64,000 nucleotides of DNA, from NCBI GenBank assembly GCA_963708135.1, contig OY970192.1:4928001-4992000 (forward strand), read 5' to 3'. Positions 49,970 through 59,489 of this stretch are shown piece after piece. Numbering within the stretch: the first letter of the stretch is position 1; every line of letters starts with the position of its first letter. The notes beneath the pieces were generated by a model. That model saw only the letters and a list, made by a program, of their open reading frames with translations. It was not told where the DNA came from and made no database searches. The translations under genes were made by a program, and so were the position numbers. The DNA comes from an uncultured Gemmatimonadales bacterium (GTDB taxonomy: Bacteria > Gemmatimonadota > Gemmatimonadetes > Longimicrobiales > RSA9).

Positions 49970-51628
49970 GTGGCCATGAGCGAGAGCCAGACGGAGCGCA
50001 AGGCCAGGGGCGCGTTCTTCACGCCGCCCGCCATCACGCGGTTCTTGGCCGAATGGGCAGTCCGAAATCGGGATGATGCCGTTCTGGAGCCGTCCTGTGG
50101 TGAAGCCGAGTTTCTGCTCGCGGCAGCCGATCGGCTACGCGGGTTGGGGGCCGGCCTGTTCGCTGGTGAGACGCTCCACGGTATCGAACTTCACCGGCCA
50201 TCCTGCGACGTCGCAGGGGCAAGGGTCCGGGACAGCGGATTCCTTGCCGAGATCACGACTGCCAATTTTTTCGATGTTCCTGCGCGACCCGCGTATGACG
50301 TCGTAATCGGGAATCCTCCCTACGTCAGATACCAAGACTTTTCCGGTGATGCTCGCAGCAAGGGGGTGAGGGCGGCTTTACGCCAGGGAGTCCGGATCAA
50401 CGGGCTTGCAAGCTCGTGGGCTGCATTCGTGATCCATGCGTCCGCATTCCTGAATGATCAGGGACGTCTAGGGCTCGTCCTGCCCGCTGAACTCCTGACA
50501 GTCAAGTACGCAAGGCCGGTACGGCGCTTCCTCCTGAGGCGGTTTGCCAGCACAAAGCTGGTCATGTTCGAGGAGCTCGTCTTCCCGGGTGTTCAGGAGG
50601 AGGTGGTGCTTCTGCTCGCAGAAGGTCGTGGGGCTGCCCCTTTCTTTGAGATTTATCAGGCGCGAGATTCGGCCGACCTTCCGGCAATCGACGATGCGGA
50701 GTGGAGACCGTACGCCCCCGGGTCTGAGGACAAGTGGACTTCCGCCGTCGTGCGGCCAGATGCGCTCGGCACGTACAATGAACTCCTGACCGGCTCCGGG
50801 TTCGAAACACTGCGCAACTGGGGCTCCACGTATTTGGGTGCGGTCACCGGAAACAACCGGTACTTCACGTTCTCTCGTGGCGATGCGTTCGAGCTCAGGA
50901 TTCCCAAGGACGAGCTCGTTCGCATATCGCCTCCTGGATCGCGCCATCTCCGCGGCCTGGAGTTCACGGAGAACGACTGGTTGACACTGGCGAGGGCCGG
51001 GAAGCCCTGTCTTCTGCTGCACCCCGAACGAAATGATCCTTCAGAGGAAGTGAAGCACTATCTCGCCGCGGGTGAGGTTACTGGGGTTCAGAAGGCGTAC
51101 AAGTGTCGTTCTCGAAGGCCGTGGTGGCGGGTGCCGCTCGTGCCGATTCCGGACCTTCTATTGACGTACATGGATCGCGATCGGCCCCGGCTCGTTGCTA
51201 ACTTGGCCCAGGCCTACCACCTGAACTCGATCTATGGCGTTCGCCTGCACGATGACCGCCGGAGTATTGGGACCGAGCTTCTTCCGGCGGCAGCATTGAA
51301 CAGTGTCACGCTGCTCGGCGCCGAGTTGGTCGGGCGGGCATATGGCGGAGGGATCTTGAAGCTCGAGCCGAGGGAGGCCGATCACCTTCCGGTGCCATCC
51401 TTCGACCTGGTTAGCGGGCTGGCCACGACGCTTCAAGAACTCCGCGAGTTTCAGATCGAGGCCCTCAGGAGAGACGACTTGGCCGGTGCCGTCGAAGCTG
51501 GCGACCAGGCGCTTCTTAGCGGAGCGCTCGGGCTGACCTCCGACGCAGTTCAACAGGTGCGCAGTGCTCGGGAGGTCCTTTTCCGCCGCCGCACAAGTCG
51601 TGGAGCCGGTGGAAATGGCACGCGTTGA
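49970..51628 (+). CDS. N6-adenine DNA methyltransferase, gamma class (TaqI/Eco57I-like)
   Basis: GAFFTP, motif I LEPSCGEAEF before motif IV NPPY, C-terminal TRD region, YGGGILKLEP. Confidence 0.9.
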   Translation: MAMSESQTERKARGAFFTPPAITRFLAEWAVRNRDDAVLEPSCGEAEFLLAAADRLRGLGAGLFAGETLHGIELHRPSCDVAGARVRDSGFLAEITTANFFDVPARPAYDVVIGNPPYVRYQDFSGDARSKGVRAALRQGVRINGLASSWAAFVIHASAFLNDQGRLGLVLPAELLTVKYARPVRRFLLRRFASTKLVMFEELVFPGVQEEVVLLLAEGRGAAPFFEIYQARDSADLPAIDDAEWRPYAPGSEDKWTSAVVRPDALGTYNELLTGSGFETLRNWGSTYLGAVTGNNRYFTFSRGDAFELRIPKDELVRISPPGSRHLRGLEFTENDWLTLARAGKPCLLLHPERNDPSEEVKHYLAAGEVTGVQKAYKCRSRRPWWRVPLVPIPDLLLTYMDRDRPRLVANLAQAYHLNSIYGVRLHDDRRSIGTELLPAAALNSVTLLGAELVGRAYGGGILKLEPREADHLPVPSFDLVSGLATTLQELREFQIEALRRDDLAGAVEAGDQALLSGALGLTSDAVQQVRSAREVLFRRRTSRGAGGNGTR

Positions 51629-52344
51629 CAGACTGATACACGATGCGCTGAGGAGCCTGGGTCCGAAACCCGGGCCGCGAGCCAAACAGTCCGAAAAGAA
51701 ACGCTTCTCGGAACGCCTTTCTCAGGTCGTTGCCGAGGCATTCGCAGCCGAACTCCGTGAGCGGGGACTCTCCGGTGCGCAGCCGGGTTCCGAGCGCGAG
51801 GGGCGTAGCGGAGCCGAGCGCCGGATGAGCGGCGGGATTGGTGCGAAGAAGGTTGAACGTTACGTGGGCAACAGAAGAGTCTGGCCTTCTGCTGGCCATT
51901 TCGGTAAAGACGATCAACTTCAAGGACAAGCGTAGTGGCAATTACCAGAAAAATCTAACGAACAGACGCGGCGATCTGCTGTTTGAGGCCGTCACGCTCC
52001 ATCGGAAATTTCCATACGCCGTGCTGGCGGGGTTCTTCATCCTAGACACCGAGGCTGCGCGCGACGAGAGCGATCGACGTCGGTCGACGTTCGAGAATGC
52101 GCATCTCCGGCTTAAGCTGTTTACCGGGCGCAGCGATCCTGCCGGGCGGGACGAACAATACGAGCGCCTCTACATAGTCCTTCTTGATGCGTCCGGCGAC
52201 AATCCAAAGTTCGAGGCTTACGAGGCGGGGAGGCTGCGCGATCCTGTCCTGCTCGAGCGTGCGTTCAACGAGTTGATCGAACTCGTGGTGGAGCGCGACC
52301 CCGACTTCTACGAGTCGATCGGCGGAGTAATCAACAAGCTCTAA
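51615..52344 (+). pseudogene. Putative PD-(D/E)xK-type restriction endonuclease with a 1-nt frameshift
   Basis: Overlaps the MTase end. Removing one A at 51856-51857 joins the two track ORFs into 242 aa with KKVDVTW...AISVK...KNLTNR. Confidence 0.65.
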
Positions 52345-52385
52345 CCCGCCCACGCTCGCCTCCGCGCTGCGAATCGCCCTCGCCC

Positions 52386-54644
52386 TCACCTCCCCGTGTA
52401 CGTCACCCCGACCGAGATCGTGCGCGGCAGGCCCTGGTACTCGAGCGGGCCGGCGAGGTTGACGAGATAGCTCTCGTCGGTGGCGTTCTGCACGTCCAGC
52501 GAGAGGTCCAGCCCGCGCATCACCGGGTAGCCGGCGTGCAGCCCGAGCACGTCGTAGGGCGCGAGGGCGGCCTTGCTGATGGTGCTGCTCCACCCCTCGT
52601 GGCGGTAGGTCACGGCGTAGCTGCCGTGGCGCGGCGCGTCGTAGGTCAGGCGGGCGCTGGCCTGGTGCAGCGGCACGCGGGCCACGCGCAGGCCCACGTT
52701 GGCGGGATTCGCGTCGCCGGTGATCTTCGCGTCGTCGTAGGCGTAGGCCCCGGTGAGGCGGAGCGCGTCCGTGAGCTGCACCGCCAGCTCGCCCTCGCCG
52801 CCGCGGCTGCGCGTGCGGCCGACGTTCTCGCGCATGAGGGTGTTGTTGCCCTGGAAGACGAAGGTGGCGAGGTCGCGCAGGTCGTTCTGGAAGTAGGTGG
52901 CGCGCACGTTCACGGCCGGGATCGGCGCCCAGTTGAAGCCGGCATCGTAGCCGGTGAGGTGCTCGGGGCCGAGGTCGGGATTGCCGTGGAAGGCCAGCGG
53001 CCCCGAGTGGAAGGTGCGGTACTGCTCGCTGAGGGTGGGGGCCCGGAAGCCGCGGTAGACGGAGCCGCGCAGCGCCAGGCCGCCGCCGATGGCCCAGCGC
53101 ACCCCGAGCGAGGGGGAGAGCGCCGCGTCGCCGCGCGTGGGCTCGGCGGTCACGGCGCCCTGCAGGTCGGTGAGCGAGCCGTTGTAGGTGCGCCAGCCGT
53201 CCACGCGCACGGCGCCCTGGATGCGCAGCGCCTCTACGGGGGCGAGGAGCACCTGTGCGAACGCGCCGCCGAGCAGCTGCGAGCCGCCGGCCGTGCGGGT
53301 GCCGGCGATCGAGCTGCCCTGGTAGACGTCCTCGTACATGCGGCCGTGAACCAGGCGGAAGTCGCCGCCCAGCACGAGCGCGCTGCGGGCAGGCAGGGCG
53401 CGGTTCCACTGGAGGGTGCCGCCCAGCTCGTCGCTGGGGATGGACTGGTCGGAGATGCGGCTCTCGAGGGTGCGCTCCGGGTTCGCGGCCGACTGGTGGG
53501 AGTCGTAGCGCTCGACCACGCCGAAGAGGTCGAGGCGGGCCTGCCCGCCGTCCGCGCCGCCGGCGGTGGCGCCCGCGCGGGCCGTGTAGATCTGTCGGCT
53601 GGACGTGCTGAACGGCGTGCCGAGGTCGCGGTCCTCGTCCAGCACGGAGGCGCCGAAGCGGAGCGAGCGGTCCGCGGCGAGGGTGTATTCGCCGCGCACG
53701 CCGGCGTTACGCTCCGTCGCATGGCTGCGCGTGTCGATGGGGCCCTGCTGCGCGGAGCTGAGCAGCGTGTAGCCGCCGCCGGCGTTCACGCGCGCGTCCG
53801 CGGCGATCGCGAGGCGGCCGCGGATGTCGCTGGCGACGACGGAAGCGTCGGCCATGCCGCGGCTGCCGCCGGAGAGCTGCGCCCACAGGGAGCGCGGCGT
53901 GATCGGGCGGGTGACGAGCTGGATGACGCCGCCCATGGCGTTGGTGCCGTAGAGGCTGGAGGCGTCGCCCTCCAGGATCTCGACCTGGTTGACCATCGAC
54001 TTGGGCACGAGGGGCCAGTCCACCCACTCGCCCCAGGGGTCGTTGAGCGGCACGCCGTCGGCCAGCACGAGGGTGCGGCCCTCGTCCGTGCCGCGGATGG
54101 CCACGATCTGCTCGGCGCCCGAGACGGTGCCGCTGGTGCGCGGCAGCTCGACGGCCGGCACCTCGTGCAGCATGTCGCTCACCGTGCGGGCGGGGCTCGT
54201 GCGCACCTGCTCGCGGCCGATCACGTCGAGCTGCGAGGTGACCTGCGCCGCCGCGATGGGCGTGCGCGTGGCCGTGACGACCACGCCCGAGAGCAGCACG
54301 GGCCCGCGCTCCAGCGCCAGCTCCAGCCGGGCGGTCTGCCCCGCGGCGAGCGTGACCTCGCGGCGCAGCGTGGCGTGCCCGATGTCGCCGACCTCGAGCA
54401 CGTAGCGGCCGGGCGCGAGCGAGCCCAGCCGGAAGTGGCCGGCCTCGTCCGCGAACGCGCCGCGCAGCGTGCCGACGAGCGTCACCTGGGCGCCGGGCAG
54501 CGGCGCGCCCGTGGCCGCGGCCGTGACGGTGCCCTCGATGGCTCCGGGCTGCTGGGCCGCCAGCGGAGCGCGGGGCAGGAGGAGCGCGGCCGCGAGCACG
54601 GCGGCACGCGCGGAGTGGAGGACTGCGCCGCGAGGCTGCTTCAT
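52386..54644 (-). CDS. TonB-dependent receptor
   Basis: Signal peptide, carboxypeptidase-regulatory-like N-domain, VVVTATR, plug IRG..DGVP, LYGTNAMGGVI, barrel end PRTISVGVTY. Confidence 0.92.
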   Translation of the reverse strand: MKQPRGAVLHSARAAVLAAALLLPRAPLAAQQPGAIEGTVTAAATGAPLPGAQVTLVGTLRGAFADEAGHFRLGSLAPGRYVLEVGDIGHATLRREVTLAAGQTARLELALERGPVLLSGVVVTATRTPIAAAQVTSQLDVIGREQVRTSPARTVSDMLHEVPAVELPRTSGTVSGAEQIVAIRGTDEGRTLVLADGVPLNDPWGEWVDWPLVPKSMVNQVEILEGDASSLYGTNAMGGVIQLVTRPITPRSLWAQLSGGSRGMADASVVASDIRGRLAIAADARVNAGGGYTLLSSAQQGPIDTRSHATERNAGVRGEYTLAADRSLRFGASVLDEDRDLGTPFSTSSRQIYTARAGATAGGADGGQARLDLFGVVERYDSHQSAANPERTLESRISDQSIPSDELGGTLQWNRALPARSALVLGGDFRLVHGRMYEDVYQGSSIAGTRTAGGSQLLGGAFAQVLLAPVEALRIQGAVRVDGWRTYNGSLTDLQGAVTAEPTRGDAALSPSLGVRWAIGGGLALRGSVYRGFRAPTLSEQYRTFHSGPLAFHGNPDLGPEHLTGYDAGFNWAPIPAVNVRATYFQNDLRDLATFVFQGNNTLMRENVGRTRSRGGEGELAVQLTDALRLTGAYAYDDAKITGDANPANVGLRVARVPLHQASARLTYDAPRHGSYAVTYRHEGWSSTISKAALAPYDVLGLHAGYPVMRGLDLSLDVQNATDESYLVNLAGPLEYQGLPRTISVGVTYTGR

Positions 54645-54896
54645 GAAAGTCATCTCCGGACGCCGACGCGGGGCGGCTTGCATTCGAGTGGCGCGGTGCG
54701 CGCACGACACGCCTCCGCGAGAGGAGGCCGGGACAAGATAGGCGTTCGGCTGCGGGGCGAAAAGCCGCCCCGTCGCGGCCGGAGACTTGCCTCCCGGGCC
54801 GCGCGGGTCTAGCTCCGTTGGCGGACACGCCGCGGCCGGCGGGCGCCCCGCTGGCGCGCGGCGGGCTGGGGCGATCGGGAGGGGAAAGGACCGAGA

Positions 54897-56219
54897 TTGG
54901 CGGACCGGGAACCGAACGACGGCGGGCCGACGCTGCTGCGCGCGCTGCGGCACCGCAACTACCGGCTGTTCTTCAGCGGGCAGAGCGTCTCCCTGATCGG
55001 CACGTGGATCACGCGCGTGGCCACGAGCTGGCTGGTGTGGCGGCTCACGCACTCGGCCGGGATGCTCGGCATCGTCGGCTTCACGGGGCAGATCCCGACC
55101 TTCCTGCTGGGCCCGTTCGCCGGCGTCTGGGTCGACCGGCTGGACCGCTACAGGGTGCTGCTCACGGCGCAGATCCTGTTCATGGTGCAGGCGTTCGCGC
55201 TCGCGGCGCTGGCGCTGACGGGCGTGATCCAGATCTGGCACGTGCTCGTGCTGCAGGCGCTCCAGGGCGTGATCCGCGCCTTCGACACCCCCTCCCGCCA
55301 GTCCTTCCTGATCGACATGATCGAGGACCCCGCCGACCTCTCGAACGCGATCGCCCTCAACTCCTCGATGGTGAACGGCGCGCGCCTGATCGGCCCCTCC
55401 GTCGCCGGGCTGGTCATCGCGTGGGTGGGCGAGGGCTGGTGCTTCCTGGCCGACGGCGTGAGCTACCTCGCCGTCATCGCCTCGCTGCTGCTCATGCACG
55501 TCGCGCGGCGGCAGCGCGCGCGCACCGAGACGAACGTGCTGCAGGACCTCCGCGACGGCTTCCGCTACGCGTTCGGCTTCGCGCCGATCCGCGCCGTCCT
55601 GCTGCTGCTTGCGCTGGTCAGCGTGTTCGGCATGCCGTACACGGTGCTGATGCCCGTGATCGCCGCCGAGACGCTGCACGGCGGCGCGCACACGCTCGGC
55701 TTCCTCATGGGGGCGACGGGGGTCGGCGCGCTCGCCGGCGCGCTCTACCTCGCCTCGCGCACGAGCGTCGTCGGCCTGGGCCGGCTGATCCCGATCGCCT
55801 CCTCCATCTTCGGCCTCGGGCTCATCTCGTTCGGCCTCTCCCGCGCGCTCTGGCTCTCGCTCCTGCTCATGCTCGTCACCGGCGTCGGCTTCATGATCCA
55901 GATGGCCGCGAGCAACACCGTCATCCAGACGCTCGTGCGCGAGGACATGCGCGGCCGCGTCATGGCCTTCTACGCCATGGCCTTCCTCGGCATGGCGCCC
56001 TTCGGCAGCCTGCTCGCCGGCGCCGTGGCCGGCCGCATCGGCGCGCCCGAAACGGTCACCGCCGGCGGGGTGGTCTGCATCGTCGGGGCGTTCGCGTTCC
56101 GCCGCCAGCTGCCGCGGCTGCGCTCGATCGTGCGGCCGATCTACGTCGAGAAGGGGATCCTGCCCGAGGTGGCGAGCGGCCTGGGCAGCGCGACGGGGCT
56201 GCGCGAGGAGGTGGGATGA
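54897..56219 (+). CDS. MFS transporter (MFS_3/DUF894-like)
   Basis: ALRHRNYRLFFSGQ, NAIALNS, MRGRVM; about 12 TM; TTG start after AAGGA. Confidence 0.88.
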   Translation: MADREPNDGGPTLLRALRHRNYRLFFSGQSVSLIGTWITRVATSWLVWRLTHSAGMLGIVGFTGQIPTFLLGPFAGVWVDRLDRYRVLLTAQILFMVQAFALAALALTGVIQIWHVLVLQALQGVIRAFDTPSRQSFLIDMIEDPADLSNAIALNSSMVNGARLIGPSVAGLVIAWVGEGWCFLADGVSYLAVIASLLLMHVARRQRARTETNVLQDLRDGFRYAFGFAPIRAVLLLLALVSVFGMPYTVLMPVIAAETLHGGAHTLGFLMGATGVGALAGALYLASRTSVVGLGRLIPIASSIFGLGLISFGLSRALWLSLLLMLVTGVGFMIQMAASNTVIQTLVREDMRGRVMAFYAMAFLGMAPFGSLLAGAVAGRIGAPETVTAGGVVCIVGAFAFRRQLPRLRSIVRPIYVEKGILPEVASGLGSATGLREEVG

Positions 56220-56316
56220 ACGCGCGCTCACCACGGCCGCTCGCCCCTTCCCCGCCCGGACGCCGCATCGTACTCTAGGGCCGTCCGCCCGCCCAACGCA
56301 CACCCGGAGGTTCACG

Positions 56317-58443
56317 GTGACCGTCTCCTTGCGCCGTCGCAGGTCTGCCCGCCGCGTTCCGCGCGCGCTGCCCGCGGGGCTCGTCGTGTCCGCAGCGCTC
56401 GCCCTGGCCGGGGCCGGCTGCGCGCGGCGGGGCGGCTCGGCCGCGCCCGCCTCCATCAAGGGCGACTGGGACTACTATCGCACCATGGGCGCGACGCCCA
56501 CGGGCGGGTGGGAGGGGCGGCGTCGCTTCGCGTTCGCGCACTTCGAGGGGCCGGACACGACCGGCGCGTGGCTGAAGCGCCGGACCGGGCGGCCGATGCA
56601 GGACATCCAGGCCGTGGGCGTCTCCGGCGACTCGCTGGTGCTGGGGTTCGCGCGCGACGCCTCGCTGCGCGGCCAGATCCGCGGCGACACCATCGCCGGG
56701 CTGCTCTTCCGGGGCGGCAGTCCCGCGGAGCGCGTGTGGCTGGTGCGGCGCACGTCGCCTCCCGACTTCGAGCCGGACTACCGCCTGTGGAACGGGCCGG
56801 TCTCGGACTCGACCTACGCGGTCACGATCAATGCGGCGGTGCCAATGCACGCGCGCGACGGCACGGTGCTCATGAGCTTCGTCGCCAGGCCGGTGGGGAA
56901 GGGGCCGTTCGGCGTCGTCATGGAGCGCACGCCCTACCTGCGCTGGGACACGGCGGCGGGGCGCTTCTGGGCGACGCGCGGCTACATCTACGTGAAGCAG
57001 GACGTGCGCGGCCGTGGCGGCTCGGGCGGCGTGCTGGACATGAACGACAAGCAGATCGAGGACGGCTACGACGCGGTGGAGTGGGCCGGCACGCTGCCGG
57101 CGGCCAACGGCAGGGTCGGCATGATCGGCCGCTCGAACCCGGGGCTCTACGCGTGGTACGCGGCCATCGCCGCACCGCCGCACCTGGCCGCCATCGCGCC
57201 GGCCGTCGCCACGGCGGACCCGGTCCGGATCGTCCCCTACATCGACATGGTCTTCTCGCCCACCGTCGTGCCCTGGCTGTGCCTCACGAAGGTCAAGGAC
57301 AAGCTGAGCGACATGAGCAATGTGGCTGAGGTCCGCGCCTTCAACCACCTGCCCGTCATCGATGCGGACACCATCGCCGGGTGTCCGCGGCGGCAGTTCT
57401 GGCTGGACTGGTTCGACCACGAGACGCAGGATGCCTACTGGAAGCGCCTCGGCGTCGAGAACCACCTCGACCACGTGAAGGTGCCGGTGCTCGGCATCGC
57501 CGGCTGGCACGACGACGCGCGCGGCACCATCCGCAACTACGCCGTGATGAGCCGGCTGCCGCACCACCCGTTCCTGCGCGTGGTGATGGACGCGGGCGCG
57601 CACAAGGGGATCGACTACGTGCACGGCCACTTCGGGCCCCACGCCCGGATCGACTCGCGCATGCTCCAGCTGCGCTGGTTCGACCACTACCTGAAGGGGA
57701 TCGACAACGGCGTGGACCGGGAGCCGCCGCTCGACTTCTTCATCATGGGGCGAAACCAGTGGCAGCAGTTCGAGCAGTGGCCGCCGAAGGGTACGCGCGC
57801 CACGAGCTTCTACCTGCACTCCGCCGGCCGCGCCAACACCTCGTCAGGCGACGGCTCGCTCGACACCGTCCCGCCCGCCGCCGAGCCCGCGGATACCTTC
57901 ACCTACGACCCCGCCGACCCGACGCCGTACCTGGTGGATGCGCGCGAGCTCGAGCTCAGCCTGAACGAGGACTATGCGGACGTCGAGCGACGGCGCGGCG
58001 ACATGCTGGTCTTCACGACGAAGCCGCTCGCCGACTCGCTCGAGCTGGTCGGCCCGATGTCCGCCACCATCTACGCGGCGACGGACGCGCGCGACACCGA
58101 CTGGCACGTCATGCTCCTCGACGTCTTCCCGGACGGCCGCGCCATGCGCATCCAGGACGGCATCATGCGCGCCCGCTTCCGCAACGGCTTCGACAGGCCG
58201 AAGCTGCTCACGCCCGGCAAGGTCGAGAAGTACGACATCGACCTCTGGTTCACCGGGCAGGTGATCCCGCCGGGGCACCGCGTGCGGGTGACAGTCGAGT
58301 CGGCGGCGTTCCCGAAGTACGACCGCAACCTGAACACGGGGGGCGACAACGAGCGCGACACCACGTTCGTCGCCGCGCACCAGAGGGTGCTGCATGACGC
58401 GGAGCACGCGTCGCACGTGACGCTGCCGGTGATCCAGGAGTAA
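56317..58443 (+). CDS. CocE/NonD family hydrolase, lipoprotein with extra N-terminal domain
   Basis: RDGTVL, RTPY, QDVRGRGGS, GRSNPG nucleophile elbow, GWHD, WFDHYLKG, PepX_C-like tail. Confidence 0.88.
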   Translation: MTVSLRRRRSARRVPRALPAGLVVSAALALAGAGCARRGGSAAPASIKGDWDYYRTMGATPTGGWEGRRRFAFAHFEGPDTTGAWLKRRTGRPMQDIQAVGVSGDSLVLGFARDASLRGQIRGDTIAGLLFRGGSPAERVWLVRRTSPPDFEPDYRLWNGPVSDSTYAVTINAAVPMHARDGTVLMSFVARPVGKGPFGVVMERTPYLRWDTAAGRFWATRGYIYVKQDVRGRGGSGGVLDMNDKQIEDGYDAVEWAGTLPAANGRVGMIGRSNPGLYAWYAAIAAPPHLAAIAPAVATADPVRIVPYIDMVFSPTVVPWLCLTKVKDKLSDMSNVAEVRAFNHLPVIDADTIAGCPRRQFWLDWFDHETQDAYWKRLGVENHLDHVKVPVLGIAGWHDDARGTIRNYAVMSRLPHHPFLRVVMDAGAHKGIDYVHGHFGPHARIDSRMLQLRWFDHYLKGIDNGVDREPPLDFFIMGRNQWQQFEQWPPKGTRATSFYLHSAGRANTSSGDGSLDTVPPAAEPADTFTYDPADPTPYLVDARELELSLNEDYADVERRRGDMLVFTTKPLADSLELVGPMSATIYAATDARDTDWHVMLLDVFPDGRAMRIQDGIMRARFRNGFDRPKLLTPGKVEKYDIDLWFTGQVIPPGHRVRVTVESAAFPKYDRNLNTGGDNERDTTFVAAHQRVLHDAEHASHVTLPVIQE

Positions 58444-58460
58444 AGAAGGGGAAGCGCGCG

Positions 58461-59204
58461 ATGCAGTTCGACAGACCGTGGTTGGCGGCCGGGATTCTGG
58501 CGCTCGGGATTGCGCTCGCGGGGGCGTTCGCGGGCATCGGCTTCGCGCGCGGGCGGGCAAGCGAGCGCTACGTCACGGTGAAGGGTGTGGCGGAGCGGGA
58601 CGTCCGGGCCGACCTGGCGATCTGGCCGCTCCAGCTCGTGGTGGCGGACGATGACCTCGGCCGCGCCCACGCCGAGCTCGAGCGCGACGTGAGTCGGATC
58701 ATGGCCTTCCTGGCCGCCCGGCAGGTGGACACCGCGGGCGTCGAGCTGCAGGGCTTCTCCGTCTCCGACGCGCGTGCCAACCAGTACGCCGGCAATCAGC
58801 GCGCGGCCACCCGCTTCGTGCTGCATCAGACCGTGGTGGTCCGCTCCGACCACCCCGAGCGTGTGCTCGCCGCCAGCCAGCACGTGGGCGACCTGGCCAG
58901 CGCCGGCGTCACGCTCTCCTCCGGTCCCGGCGGCGGCTACGGCCCCGGCGGCGGGCCGACCTTCGTCTTCTCCCGGCTGAACGCGCTCAAGCCGTCCATG
59001 ATCGCCGCGGCCACGGCGCGCGCCCGCGAAGCCGCCGAGCAGTTCGCCCGCGACTCCGGCAGCCGCCTCGCCGGCATCCGGCGCGCCAACCAGGGCGTGT
59101 TCGTGATCCTGCCCCGCGACCAGGCGCCCGGGATCGCCGAGGGCAGCGAGATCGACAAGACGGTGCGCGTGGTGTCAACCGTGGAGTACGGGCTGAAGGA
59201 GTAG
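58461..59204 (+). CDS. SIMPL (DUF541) domain protein
   Basis: VTVKGVAERDVRADLAIW, A.EQFARDSG, RANQG, KTVRVVSTVEY. Confidence 0.85.
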   Translation: MQFDRPWLAAGILALGIALAGAFAGIGFARGRASERYVTVKGVAERDVRADLAIWPLQLVVADDDLGRAHAELERDVSRIMAFLAARQVDTAGVELQGFSVSDARANQYAGNQRAATRFVLHQTVVVRSDHPERVLAASQHVGDLASAGVTLSSGPGGGYGPGGGPTFVFSRLNALKPSMIAAATARAREAAEQFARDSGSRLAGIRRANQGVFVILPRDQAPGIAEGSEIDKTVRVVSTVEYGLKE

Positions 59205-59211
59205 GGGGCTG

Positions 59212-59400
59212 CCTGTGCGAGCAAAATCGCGCAGTCGGCGCTGGCGCGAGCGGCGCGATCGAGATTTCGCTCGCAGAGCGGGATGAATCTCGCAGGGACC
59301 GTGCGAGCCCCCGGTCGCGTGCGAGATTTCGCTCGCCTGGCGAGACGAAGCTGGATTGCGGGTCGCGAGATGGCGACCATTACGAGAAATCGCTCGCTCC
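59212..59400. repeat. Intergenic cluster of CGAGATTTCGCTCGC-like direct and inverted motifs
   Basis: Direct copies near 59260, 59322 and 59383; inverted-like copies near 59217 and 59285. Confidence 0.55.
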
Positions 59401-59489
59401 CGTGCTCAGCATACATCAGGACCCGCCCGAGCGGCCCGTCTGCTCCCGGTACACGCAGCCCGCAGCCCGTCCGTGTTGCCGCAGGGGTC

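Larger units (their letters stand above)
49800..52345. mobile_element. Lower-GC inserted restriction-modification island (no mobility gene seen)
   Basis: Abrupt rise in A/T and in A/T-ending codons right after the hmuV stop, reverting after 52344. Confidence 0.6.

Noticed and set aside
26835..51865. Programmed frameshifting at the two split genes
   Set aside because: No slippery heptamer or long homopolymer at either site; simple insertion or read error is more likely.
49970..52344. Assigning a recognition sequence such as CTCGAG
   Set aside because: Resemblance to XhoI/PaeR7I-type systems is only loose; specificity needs a database search or methylome.
52386..54644. Calling the TonB receptor the heme receptor for hmuTUV
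   Set aside because: It is on the opposite strand; FRAP and NPDL-like motifs are present but are common to many receptors, so the substrate is unproven.
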